Source of the DNA: Anolis carolinensis
Taxonomy: Eukaryota
NCBI RefSeq assembly: GCF_035594765.1
Contig: NC_085842.1
Coordinates: forward strand, 91,054,782 to 91,118,781
Direction of reading: 5' to 3'
Length of the DNA: 64,000 nucleotides
In this document: one piece after another, positions 8,901 to 19,228 of the stretch
Position numbering within the stretch: the stretch's first letter is position 1
How the letters are laid out: each line of letters starts with the position of its first letter
Notes under the pieces: model-generated
What the model saw: only the letters and a program-made list of their open reading frames with translations
What the model was told of the DNA's origin: nothing
The model's database searches: none
Program-made: the position numbers and the translations under genes

Positions 8901-10622
8901 GTGCTTAAAGGTGGACGTCCTACACTTGTGCGCAGTTGCCTAAGTCACATCTCAGTCTACTGCCAAGCAATAACTCCAGAGTATTCCTCCATTTTCAAAG
9001 TCTCTGAGAGAGACGAAGCCACAGCGCTCTCGAAAGATGAGCAAAGGTTTTCGGACATTATGAATGCTCAAGTCTCACGAAGTGCAGAGGTGAAAGCCTG
9101 CAAATCAACCACAGAAATCAAGATGGGCCAAAGATCTTGCCTGGAACCACACCGTTTTGAACGTTTTTCGGAGTGGCACAGTCTTCTTAGAGCAGTAGCT
9201 AGGCTTATACATCGTTTAGCTTGCAAAGATAGTGAGCCTTTACAGGTCCAGGATATGATAAAGGCTAAGAGCGTCATATTCAAGTCAGTGCAGAGATCTG
9301 CTTTCAAGCAGGAAATAGCTAGGCTAGAGCAAGGGCTCAACATCCCTAATCAAAGTCTTCTAAATGAGTTAAACCCATTTCTAGACAAGGAGGGTATTTT
9401 GAGAGTTGGAGGAAGGTTAGCCAAAGCTAAACTCAAGGCGTGCATAAAAAACCCCATCATCATACCCCCTAATAGTCACACTGCATTGCTGCTCGTTCGG
9501 CATCACCATGAAAGGATCCATCATCAGGGTAGAACTCTAACTGAGGCAGCCCTTAGAAATGAAGGTCTGTGGGTAGTTAATGCCAAAAGGTTGGTCAACA
9601 GTTGTATTTTCAAATGTGTCAAATGTCGGCGACTCAGACGAAACTGTCAAAGTCAGTTGATGGCAGAACTACCTCAGGATAGGACTTTGACAGACCCACC
9701 CTTTTCCCATGTGGGAATCGATGTGTTTGGTCCTTGGGAGGTTGTCACTAGGAAAACCAGGGGTGGTGTTGTAAATAACAAGAGGTGGGCAGTTTTGTTT
9801 ACTTGTTTAGTAATACGAGCTGTCCATATAGAAGTCATAGAAGGGATGGACACTTCATCATTTTTAAACGCATTAAAAAGGTTCATAGCCCTCAGAGGGC
9901 CAATTAAGTCAATTCGGTCGGACTGTGGCACCAATTTTGTAGGTGCGACCAAAGAACTCAATTGTGTGTCTAGGTTTGGGAGAGACCCAAAGGTTCAGAA
10001 CTTTACAAATACTGAACAAATTATGTGGACTTTCAATGTTCCTCACGCCTCCCATATGGGTGGTGTTTGGGAGAGGATGATTGGTATTAGTCGCAAAATC
10101 CTTAATGCCATGTTTTTGAGTCATAGGTCATTGACGCATGATGTTTTGGTGACACTTATGGCGGAAGTTACCGCAATTATCAACAACCGGCCGCTGGTTC
10201 CCCTTACCAGTGACCCTGAGAACTTACAACCACTGACTCCTGCACTTATTTTGACACAAAAGGTGCCAGGATGGAAGGACGTCATGTTGCCAGTTCCGGA
10301 CGGAACTCACCGTGCCCTGTGGAAACAGGTGCAGTCCTTGGCCAACCACTTTTGGAAAAGGTGGAAAGCTGAGTACTTAAGCCAGCTTCAAGCTAGAAGA
10401 ATCTGGCAAAGCCCACAGGACAACATTGAGGTTAACAACGTTGTGTTGTTAAAGGACAAAGACTTGCCCCGCCATGCGTGGCCCATGGGCATTGTATTAA
10501 AGACCTTTCCTTGCCCGGACGGTAAGGTCAGGAAAGTTCAATTAAAGACTTGCAACAGAGGCAAAGTGTCCATTTTGGACAGACCAATTAGTGACCTCGT
10601 GTTGCTTATTGGAGATGTTTAA
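5973..10622 (+). CDS. BEL/Pao Gag-protease-integrase polyprotein (1549 aa) lacking RT and RNase H
   Basis: Coiled-coil/capsid Gag; three Zn knuckles (CPIHQKPHSLANC, CFRCCGATLHFASNC, CARCNSLKHCTAMH); aspartic protease-like LDSQS and PLGWTVTGP; integrase HHCC (HERIHH...CVKC) and D-D-E (GIDVFGP, RSDCGTNF, GGVWERM); C-terminal FWKRWKAEYL. No YxDD or FSDAS-type motif. Confidence 0.93.
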   Translation: MSMQFQDDTDGIPPSEAESRNERPQRIKHPSAKMLAHLIDEKELLHVRLGSAWERIVTLMDRIESLGITRVPSILQTDLEETFGLWRGLVSKIVQVLERINAKDSELEIVSVLADTNEKENKVRAILDALEFSSPPVNLRSEPKGNQSSLCSHETNLLKSPAVALSLKSNRSSQVSKLRECASSKHSHSSKSSAAGSAISSLAALHIKEAARLELKSKVAGAEADAKAADLTLPFKEEEQRLQSKMQIEQAQRQCEIEMLRIKMDAAAKRVRAETLAKALIEPLTEENVSQLPKQDPSSKVLVHLNSLNSQFSDEEQEDFSPYPEQGPKVTFEFPAEQSVIAGSSPLPELPVPPAKSLGQSIRASRPSASWPLQTAAQGATDSSVVDVIPPRGQRLTQGARWESTPQQQTPQLFPSTPESQLVSIIRSPRRDLKDKGVEKFSDKPEEFLLWKATFQRAIRDLKLLPEEELTLLAAWLGPASSSQVKKIYAAHVADPDKALEKAWARLQQRYGASTEIEASLMDKLQRFPALKLKDFKLLWDLSDLLTELESAKENPELPGLKCLDQHLSQRQILTKLPFTLQERWGQEVFNYKEAHSQAYPPFSHLVQFITRAARERNDPQTGLPTLYQGTHPGKASEVDKKPPREANRPVSVKAVETQHKTDEPRSEVKEVLCPIHQKPHSLANCREFGKKPYKERQQIVQKLGICFRCCGATLHFASNCKEDVKCARCNSLKHCTAMHNSDAVSRAKGDTSSKEGSSTEATNMQTASRMQEDAPSVTCTELCSDVHQFRVCHPICLADVYPARRPWLKKRLYVALDSQSDASLATPEFFQLFDIKTQTVDYTMSTCVGKKKLQGRIASGFVVSSCDQKRLFELPDLIECSSIPRNKKQIVTREVVEAHPHLRRLKNAIPAFRPDVDIALLLGADCPNLFYVNDQVKGPPGAPIAQLLPLGWTVTGPVCINKMHPPSSLDSNQAQVLKGGRPTLVRSCLSHISVYCQAITPEYSSIFKVSERDEATALSKDEQRFSDIMNAQVSRSAEVKACKSTTEIKMGQRSCLEPHRFERFSEWHSLLRAVARLIHRLACKDSEPLQVQDMIKAKSVIFKSVQRSAFKQEIARLEQGLNIPNQSLLNELNPFLDKEGILRVGGRLAKAKLKACIKNPIIIPPNSHTALLLVRHHHERIHHQGRTLTEAALRNEGLWVVNAKRLVNSCIFKCVKCRRLRRNCQSQLMAELPQDRTLTDPPFSHVGIDVFGPWEVVTRKTRGGVVNNKRWAVLFTCLVIRAVHIEVIEGMDTSSFLNALKRFIALRGPIKSIRSDCGTNFVGATKELNCVSRFGRDPKVQNFTNTEQIMWTFNVPHASHMGGVWERMIGISRKILNAMFLSHRSLTHDVLVTLMAEVTAIINNRPLVPLTSDPENLQPLTPALILTQKVPGWKDVMLPVPDGTHRALWKQVQSLANHFWKRWKAEYLSQLQARRIWQSPQDNIEVNNVVLLKDKDLPRHAWPMGIVLKTFPCPDGKVRKVQLKTCNRGKVSILDRPISDLVLLIGDV

Positions 10623-10700
10623 AGTTCTAGTGTTTGTATTGTTGTGTATACAAAGGTGTTTGTATGTTTTTGATTGGTAAATTCCCACATCCTGGGAATT

Positions 10701-10710
10701 TAGCGGGGAG
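10701..10710 (+). other. Polypurine tract (plus-strand priming site)
   Basis: tagcggggag immediately 5' of the 3' LTR. Confidence 0.7.
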
Positions 10711-11426
10711 TGTTCCGTCCCCCAGGACGATGGTTTGCCTTACCTATTGGTCGTTTGTTTGTTTCCCCTCCTTTACATTTTGTTTGAGCCTCTGGCTGCA
10801 AAAGCCTAGGAAAAGTGGCTTGGAATCTGCAAGAGCTGGCTGCAGTTTTCTTTGCAGTGATTGGTCAAAGAATGCAACATCTTAGGACCGCCCTTTTTAC
10901 CAGGGTCTAGTCTCCATTTTGGAGCTTCATTCTGGGTATAGTCTTCCAACGTGCTGGAGCTGTGCAAGGCTAACTGGGACAAATCATCCTCAAAACCAGG
11001 CCAATCTAAGCCTATCCAAATTAGATAAGTATTGAATTATATTGATCTGGAATAGGAAATCTAGTTAGAGGAGCAGGGTTATTCTGTCGCTTCTAGAACT
11101 AATCTTTGCTGTAAAGATAGGGAAGGAAAGAGTTTCTCCTTCTAATATAGGCAGCGTGATTAGGGTATAGTGGTTTTATAATCACCTTTGCTTTCTGGAA
11201 CCAGGGATAATTCTGTACCTAAAACCTATAGAAATTTGTTTCATTTTCTGCAACTTTAAGATCTGTGCCAGGTTTACAACCTTGTATGAATAAACATCCT
11301 TTTTTGAAGTTATCCAGACTCAGTCGTTCAATATCTATAGGACAGCTTATAGGGATTTGCAGTTCGCCCGGATAAAGGACAGCACATTTCAGTTTTATAG
11401 TTTTTTATTGTCCGGCGGACGGCACA
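10711..11426 (+). repeat. 3' LTR of the BEL/Pao element
   Basis: 714/716 identical to 4290-5005 by manual comparison; followed by TSD TAAAC. Confidence 0.97.
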
Positions 11427-11800
11427 TAAACACTGGCTTAATTTGCAAGTTTGATTGCTGAAGCACATTAGCGCTCCCTTTGTGAAAGGAAAAGAAATAC
11501 ACATCTAATTTGACTTTCAATAATAGTGAAATTTGTAATGATTCTGCTTTGAGGACAATAAGACACTCAACATATGCTCATAGGGAACCCATTTCTCTTT
11601 ACAATTATTCCCCATTATGTTTAATAAAATGTTGCCTGACATGAAGAAGATGGGATGCCATTGTCTGCCATCGGTGCTTAAGTTGGGAAACTGCTTCTTT
11701 CCTTCCTTTTCTTGAGTAGACTGGAAGCTGTGTACCTCATTCATTTGTCTTCCAGCCCAAGAAAGTATATAGATCCACACATGTTTATGGTTAAAAAGAG

Positions 11801-12529
11801 TGTTGTACCTCAGCAATGGTTCACCTTGCTCTTAATACACACTCCACCATAGCAGACTTGGTTTAAACAGTTTATTGATAAAAGATAGCAAAGTCTGAAT
11901 AAAAAGCAGTAAAGAAAGCAATAATCCAAATGCAAAGGCAGTCTGTAGAATATAGTTCAAAGTCTCCAATATAGCAAATCAATCCTGAAAATAAGGCAGC
12001 ATGAACTTCAGAACACAATCCAAAATACAAGATCCAAGCATGAACAAAAGCAAGAATACTTTTCCATGAGCCTAGACAAGACAGGAACTCTTCTTCCAAA
12101 ACCAACGTTAATTCATCTGAAATCTTTCCCTGTTTTTCCCTTATTTAACCATGCTTACAGGACAAGAAAGCATTTCTTTGTCCTTGGGTTCCCACACATT
12201 TACCAGCTATACTAAGAGAACGTTTGGGATGATGAACTTTTAACCTTAACCTTGTATCCCTATCTAAGGAAGACTCCTCTTACTCACTGCCAGAGAAACC
12301 TGGGACTTGTTGATGTTCTGAACTCTGTTGATGTTCTGAATCCTGTGAAAGGTCACCCTTATCACTGGCTTCTGCATCACTGCTAGTCTGTTTATTACAA
12401 GCTTCTGCTTCACTGCTAGTCTGAGGCCTCTCTAACAATTCAGAGCCTTCAACATTTCCCTCATCAACATTTCCATGGTCAGCCTGCATAAACCCAAATC
12501 CCCCTTCATCATCAGATTGAACCACGACA
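11801..12529 (-). mobile_element. Solo LTR (729 bp) of an unrelated, probably Gypsy-type, LTR retrotransposon
   Basis: TGTTGT...ACGACA termini; 5-bp TSD AAGAG (11796-11800 / 12530-12534); TTTATT at 11871-11876 is a minus-strand poly(A) signal. Confidence 0.8.
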
Positions 12530-12569
12530 AAGAGGGCATATCTTCTCTATGCTGTATGTGTTTGGAAGT

Positions 12570-14917
12570 GAATCAGGTGAAGCTCACCAGGTGCCAAGCC
12601 GATTTGGGCTCTCCCAAGAAGACTTATGGAACCTAGTAGGTTCCGGAATGCTCTGAAGGATCTGGAGCCTGTCAGCGACTCGATCGATGTGCAGGTGGAC
12701 ACATGGAACATCAGGCTGTCCCAATGCACTCGACGAGATCACCCCTAGATGCCCTCTCCAACTCCACCGGAATCGGTCTCCTTGGTTCACCGAGGAACTT
12801 CGATCGATGAAGCGGGAAAAGAGACGGCTAGAGGGCGTGTGGCGAGAACTTCATGACAGAGCTTCGAGATCAGCTTATAGGGCATTTATGGAGTCCTATG
12901 AGCATGCTATCATCGAAGCAAAGCGAGTATATTATGCCTCTTTGATAGCGTCCGCCAGCTCACGCCCGGCAAAATTGTTCAAAATAATTAGATCTTTAAC
13001 AACGATTCCTACTAACCCAAAAAGTGATGATCAGGCCCCTTCAGCCGAGGCTTTTCAAAGCTATTTTGCTGACAAGATATCACCGGGACCTCCCCGCCAC
13101 AATTGATACAATGAGAGAACTTGAGACTCCGTGGCCACTTGCTGGGCCCACCCTCAACCGGTTCATCCCACTGGACGCAGAGGCTTTCAATAGGCTCATA
13201 GCTGCAGCTAGACCGACCACTTTCTCCCTCGATCCGTGTCCCTCTTAGTTGGTTAAATCCTGCTTGGAGGGATTACGTGACCCTCTGTTGAAGATAATAA
13301 ACAGTTCTCTTGAGCAAGGAGTCTTTCCAGAGGGTTGAAAAGAGGCGATGGTCTCTTCCTTGCTGAAGAAACCAGATTTAGATCGTTCGGTTCCCTCCAG
13401 CTATCGCCCAGTTTCGAACCTCTTGTTCCTGGGCAAGGTGATTGAGAGGGCAGTAGCGGAGCAGTTGCAACAGTTCCTAGACGACACAGCCAGATTAGAT
13501 CCCTTCCAGTCCGGCTTTCGTGAGGGGCATGGGACAGAGACTGTACTGGTCTCCATCACGGATCATCTTCGCTGCCAGCTTGATCAGGGCGGGTCGGTGC
13601 TGCTCGTGTTATTGGACCTCACTGCAGCATTTGACACTGTCGATTATAATCTTTTGACCCACCGCCTTGCCATTGTTGGAGTCAGGGGGGCAGCTTTAAA
13701 TTGGCTGGCCTCCTTTCTTCACAACTGTGGACAGCGAGTGGAGAGGGGAGGCCTGGTCTCTGAAAGGTCCCCTCTACTTTGTGGGGTTCCTCAAGGGGCC
13801 ATTCTCTCCCCTCTGTTGTTTAACATCTATATGCGAACACTTGCTCAGCTGGTTCGAGGTTTCGGGCTCAAGTGCTACCAGTACGCTGATGACACTCAGC
13901 TTATGTTGAAGATGGAAGGCCGACCGGACTCTGTACCCGATAACTTTCATCAATGCCTCGAGGCTGTTACTGGATGGCTGCGTGCCAGCAGGTTGAGGGT
14001 GAATCCAGCAAAGACGGAGATCCTATGGCTGGGTCGACCGGGCAGTGGGGATATCCAGTTGCCTACCCTGGATGGCGAGGCGCTATGCCCGTCATCACTG
14101 GTAAAGAGTCTGGGAGTCCTTTTGGACCCTCTGCTGACGATGGAAGCCCAGGTCTCCGCCATTAGCCTTCTTTCACCTGCGGCAGGCTAGATGGCTGGCC
14201 CCCTATCTGTCAAGGGATGACCTAGCTACAGTGATCCAGGCCACGGTCATCTCAAGACTGGACTACTGTAATGCCCTCTACATTGGCCTTCCTTTGTCGG
14301 TGATCCGGAAGTTCAAGTTGGTACAAAATGCAGTTGCTCGACTTCTTGCGGGAGTCCCGATGAGATGTCATATAACACCAATCTTACTACAGCTGCACTG
14401 GTTACCAACTGAGCACCGGATTACTTTCAAAGTGATGGTGCTTACCTTTAAGGCCTTACATGGTCTAGGAACAATGTACCTGAGGGACCGCCTCACCCCC
14501 TACCAACCCCAGAGATCCCTCTGCTCTGAGGACCAAGATCTATTGGAAGTTCCCAGTTTTAAGACCTTGCGTCTAACAGCAACTAGACGTAGAGCTTTTA
14601 CATCAGTGGCGCCATCACTCTGGAACACTCTGCCGCCTGAAGTTCATGCCTGGCGGGACTTATCAGTCTTCCGCAGGTCATGTAAGACACACCTGTTTCG
14701 GCAGGCTTTTGATCTCAGTTATTGCTGTTTTTAAATTGCTTAGATTTTAGCTTGTTTTTGTAAGCCACTCTGAGCCCTGGGGGAGTGTTTTAAGATGTTT
14801 TTTTAAAAGATATTTTAAAGATGTTTTTAAATTGTTAGATTTTAGCCTTTCTTGTAAGCCTTTCTGAGCCCTAGGGCAGTGGCGACATATAAGTTTAAAT
14901 AATAAATAAATAAATAA
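12570..14917 (+). mobile_element. 5'-truncated L2-clade LINE with a disrupted RT ORF
   Basis: Non-LTR RT motifs SPWFTEEL, YRPVSNL, FQSGFR, LDLTAAFDTV, GVPQGAILSP, YADDTQL; stop at 13246-13248 plus frameshifts; (TAAA)n tail. The 5' boundary is approximate. Confidence 0.9.
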
Positions 14918-15117
14918 AGCTGTTGTTTGCCTCCAGTTCATTCCCGACATGGCTAACCTAAGGCGAGGTTATCACAGGGTGTTCCTAGCATTCATTCAGA
15001 GGAGGTTTGCTGTTGTAAAATTTCTGAGGATACATCTACATTGGCCACTTACTGTGAAGAGGCCCTAGATCAGCTCCATGACAGCCAAATGCTGCACAGG
15101 GCTGTACCAGGGGTATT

Positions 15118-15920
15118 CTGGTGGCAAGGCTGGATTACTGCAATGCGCTCTACGTGGGGCTGCCTTTGAAGACGGCTCAGAAACTACAACTAGTACAACG
15201 ATCGGCAGCCAGGTTTCTAACTGGGGCAGATTACAGGGCGCGCTCAACGCCGCTGTTTAAAGAGCTCCACTGGCTGCCATTTATTTTCCGAGCCCAATTC
15301 AAGGTGCAGGTTATCACCTACAAAGCCCTAAACGGTTTGGGACCCACCTACCTTCGAGACCGCATTTCCCCCTATGAACCCACACGACCTCTTCGCTCGT
15401 CGGGGGAGGCCCTCCTTTCGCTTCCACCAACTTCGCAGTTGCGGTTGGTGAGGACGAGGGAGAGGGCCTTCTCCACCCTGGCCCCCCGGCTGTGGAACTC
15501 GCTCCCCAGGGAGATTAGGCAGGCCCCTACCCTACTTTCTTTCAGGAAGAGCCTGAAAACTTGGCTATTTCAGAAGGCCTTCATTGACTGATCCTTGTGG
15601 GATCATGTTATTTACCTATTAAGCAGTAGACCCTCTGGATTGTTTTTAGGATTCATTCAGCACTTTAAGTATTACACCTGCTGTATAATTATCCCTCCCT
15701 GATAACTTGATATTGCTTTGCACCTTGGCCTGGATCTTTTGACCCAAATCGGGGTTTTAATATTATTGTGTATATTGACTTTTATGACTGTTTTTAATCA
15801 TGTTGAAGTTTTACTGCTCGGTTTAATGTTTTATCTGATTTGTGCTGTTGTGTCTGGGCATGGCCCCATGTAAGCCGCCCCGAGTCCCTCCGGGGAGATG
15901 GGGCGAGATATAAGAATAAA

Positions 15921-15978
<58 letters not shown>
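15118..15978 (+). mobile_element. L2-clade LINE 3' fragment with (TTA)n tail
   Basis: ORF RLDYCNALY...RERAFS...KTWLFQKAF, then 3' UTR, tgtaagccgccccgagtccc tail and (tta)n. Confidence 0.88.
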
Positions 15979-15979
<1 letters not shown>

Positions 15980-17841
15980 GGCCATCTTAACATAGTCTTG
16001 ATCCACATTAACCAAAGTTGCAGGATGCTCCAAATTCCGATTCAGAATTTGGCATATCCTGTCACTTTGGACAGGTGTAAATAGCTGTAAACAGTGTTTC
16101 TGGGGGTTCCAGATCCTACTGGCTGATCATTGACTGTACTGACATTGGCAATCAGGGAAGGAAGGTGGAGAGGAGGTTTCCCTCTTCACCCCATTAGACA
16201 TCACTGCAGATGAGGGCTGATTGGTAGAACCCATGTCACAGTCAGAAACCTTCAATGACATGGAAAATGGGTTAACTAAGTTATAAAAAGTCAGAGAATG
16301 CTCCAGGATTTTAGTGAAACTTCAGACCAGACCAGCATTTTGGGAAAGTGCTGAAACAGCTCTCATCAGAACTGATTTGCAAAATAAAAATTAAAAAGAT
16401 TTGTTTTTGCAAAAAGAAAGTGTTCCAAAAACATATAGCACACAGTATGAGCTGTTTTTTGCCCCAAAACACAAGTTTTGCGCAATACACAAAGATATTT
16501 CACAACAACCAATGTTTTTGTTTTTGTTATTGCTTCTATCAAAAAATAAATAAAACCCATTGAACTGCCCTATTAACACTCTTGCAGAGGTGAAAACGTT
16601 CACTGAAATTAATGATATTTTAGGCAGAAGTGTCATGGTAATGTCATACTTTTAAAAATAAATTTATAGATTTCATAACCTTCTTAGCAGAGTTAATCTA
16701 GGCATTATCAGGGTCAGAGCAGAGGGAGAGTGAAATAGGTTTGCTAGTACCCAATGAAAGTTATATCGTTTTATATTCTGGCTTAGTGAAGAGAGAGAGA
16801 AATATTTGAGAAGTGGCCAAAAAAGAGTAAGAAGAGAAATAAATAAATAAATGACACCATCAATTGTAAGCAAATCAAATCACTTTGCTATGTCTGTTGT
16901 GAGATGTCACCAAAATGTTCCCATATAGTGTGTTTATTTTTCCTCAAATAATAGTATTAAAATGTGTTTAATTCAATTATACTCCACAACATCTGAATGA
17001 GTTTCCCCAGACTAACCCAAGCTTTGAGTTAACATGATACTTGAACAGACTTGTTTAATTGCTGATATTAAGTGTCGATCATTCTGCTGTAAGTTGGCAG
17101 TATGGCTAGAGATACAAATTTCTCTCTCCTGTATGTCAGACAGTCATTCAATTAACAACCAAGGCTGTATTGATACAGCAGGACCTCATTATAGGAAACA
17201 TACTGGAAAAAAGAAATACAAAGGCCCAAATAGACAATCAAAGAATTTATATTTTCTCTGCTTAATTATTAGAGTGATGAAGACATTTAGTTCAGAATAA
17301 ATATTTTTGTAAAGGATATTGAAATGAAATTGGTGAACATTTAAACTGCAGTTTTGAAAACATTAAAATAATTACATGCCTAGTTCTCAATTTCACAAGT
17401 GTGTATTTTTCCTTGTATTCAAAGTGTTGGATTTTATGAGTTACAATTTGAAATACAGTGCATAAAGTGCTTCTGAGGCATAGTCTGTTCAAGACTAATC
17501 TGAAAGTAAGTTCTTCCTCAAGGGTTTAAGTAGTAATTCATAAAATGGAAAGAATAATAAATATTGTGCCTTAACTCATACACTAGCACACATAGACAGA
17601 TTTTGTACACCTGGGTGTAATTTTAGTTAATTCACACAAGAGACAGGTTGAAAGTTTACTGTTTAGATAGGAGAAAATGGCTTAAATCTCATATTTGCAA
17701 AAATGATTACATTACCTTAAATGAAAATGCTATTCTATTAGCCATTTCAATAAGCATTGCATTTAGAAAAGTATTTTAATAAAAAAGTTGTCTGAAGTTC
17801 CACACAAGTTGAAATACATAAGTGAGGGAAAAGTACTTACT

Positions 17842-17992
17842 NNNNNNNNNNNNNNNNNNNNNNNNNNNNNNNNNNNNNNNNNNNNNNNNNNNNNNNNNNN
17901 NNNNNNNNNNNNNNNNNNNNNNNNNNNNNNNNNNNNNNNNNNNNNNNNNNNNNNNNNNNNNNNNNNNNNNNNNNNNNNNNNNNNNNNNNNNN
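17842..17992. other. Assembly gap (N run)
   Basis: Seen directly. Confidence 1.
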
Positions 17993-19162
17993 CAGTCAAT
18001 CAAAGAATTTTAAGGTTTATTTCCTCTTTAGAAATGATTGATAGCCTTTTAGATTTACAAGCTGACAAGTTAAAGGGTGCTATTGGTATAATTATGTACT
18101 ATATTCACAGTCTTTCAATTTAAATGTCCTTTTAAAACCATGAGATTATCATACCTGTATTTTGAAAAGTAGGCCAATCAGTTTGGGTTGGTACACAAAT
18201 TGCTTCCATTAGCCTTGGGACCTATTTGAATTTAATACATTTTTTAAAGTCAGTAGTACTTTCAATGTACTTTTGAAATTTAGGGTAATGGGAATGCATT
18301 TTAACTATGGTATGTGCTAACTTTGTTTTTAATGGATGATGGATGTCAGAAATACAAACACTGACTGTTACTGAGTCTATATATAAAAGTTTTTAAAATC
18401 TTATTGATATTTCCCCCATCTACTGTATAGGAAAAAAACATTTTCGTAGTAGGACATGGGGAATGCAGAAACACATTTTATGTATGGCCAAGGAGGTGGT
18501 TTCAATCCATCTCTCATTAAAAACAATGGCAAAAGCTTCAAAGTATCTGTAAAAGAATACATTTATTCACTGTTATAAAAAGGTTAATCTAGAAATTCAG
18601 TATAATAATTGCACCAAGAGTCCCATTTATTTTATCTGTGACTTGAAGAATAGAAATGCATGTCTGTAAATCTCTGCATTTTTCTACTCATTTATAAAGA
18701 AACAACTGTAATTCATATTGTATTTCTAGTTCAAAATTAAAACTATTTATTCACCTGGTACAAACAGTCTAACGGACAAACTTTTGCTCTGCAGTCAGGT
18801 TAATCGTATTTTCATATACTGTGATTGAAGTCAGCAAATTCATTCTTTCTGCATGATAATATTCACCTGTTCCTCATCTTTCCTGAAGTGATAAGACACA
18901 AGGAAGCTTACAGCATATTAAAAACAATACAAACCAAAAACTATACAAAAATTTTAATACATGTAGAAATATTAAATGTATTTAAAAGATGATTAAACAA
19001 TGCATACAGCTAAAACATTAAAATTTATGAAAATATCATATAGAAACTATAAAATGGCCCAGCATATCATTAAAAGTTCATTCCAAACAAAGACTGGTGG
19101 TTTAAGGATATTTTGATTTGCTGGCAGAAGAAGAATAAAAACAGAGCCATTCTGGGCCTCTC

Positions 19163-19228
<66 letters not shown>
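19163..19228. repeat. (AAT)n microsatellite
   Basis: Seen directly. Confidence 0.95.

Larger units (their letters stand above)
4290..11426 (+). mobile_element. BEL/Pao LTR retrotransposon, non-autonomous (no RT/RNase H), recent insertion
   Basis: Two 716-bp TG...CA LTRs, 5-bp TSD TAAAC (4285-4289 / 11427-11431), short purine tract before the 3' LTR, BEL-type polyprotein ORF. Confidence 0.95.

Noticed and set aside
5973-10622. Domesticated host gene derived from a retrotransposon
   Set aside because: Near-identical LTRs and an intact TSD show a recent insertion, so the open frame does not require host-level selection.
10634-10885. 83-aa ORF after pol as a possible env-like gene
   Set aside because: Short, non-ATG start, runs into the LTR, and shows no envelope features.
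12280-12525. Acidic 81-aa minus-strand ORF
   Set aside because: It lies within the solo LTR, starts at GTG and is built from short internal duplications.
17763-18123. ORFs spanning N runs (also 40017-40385)
   Set aside because: Artefacts of assembly gaps.
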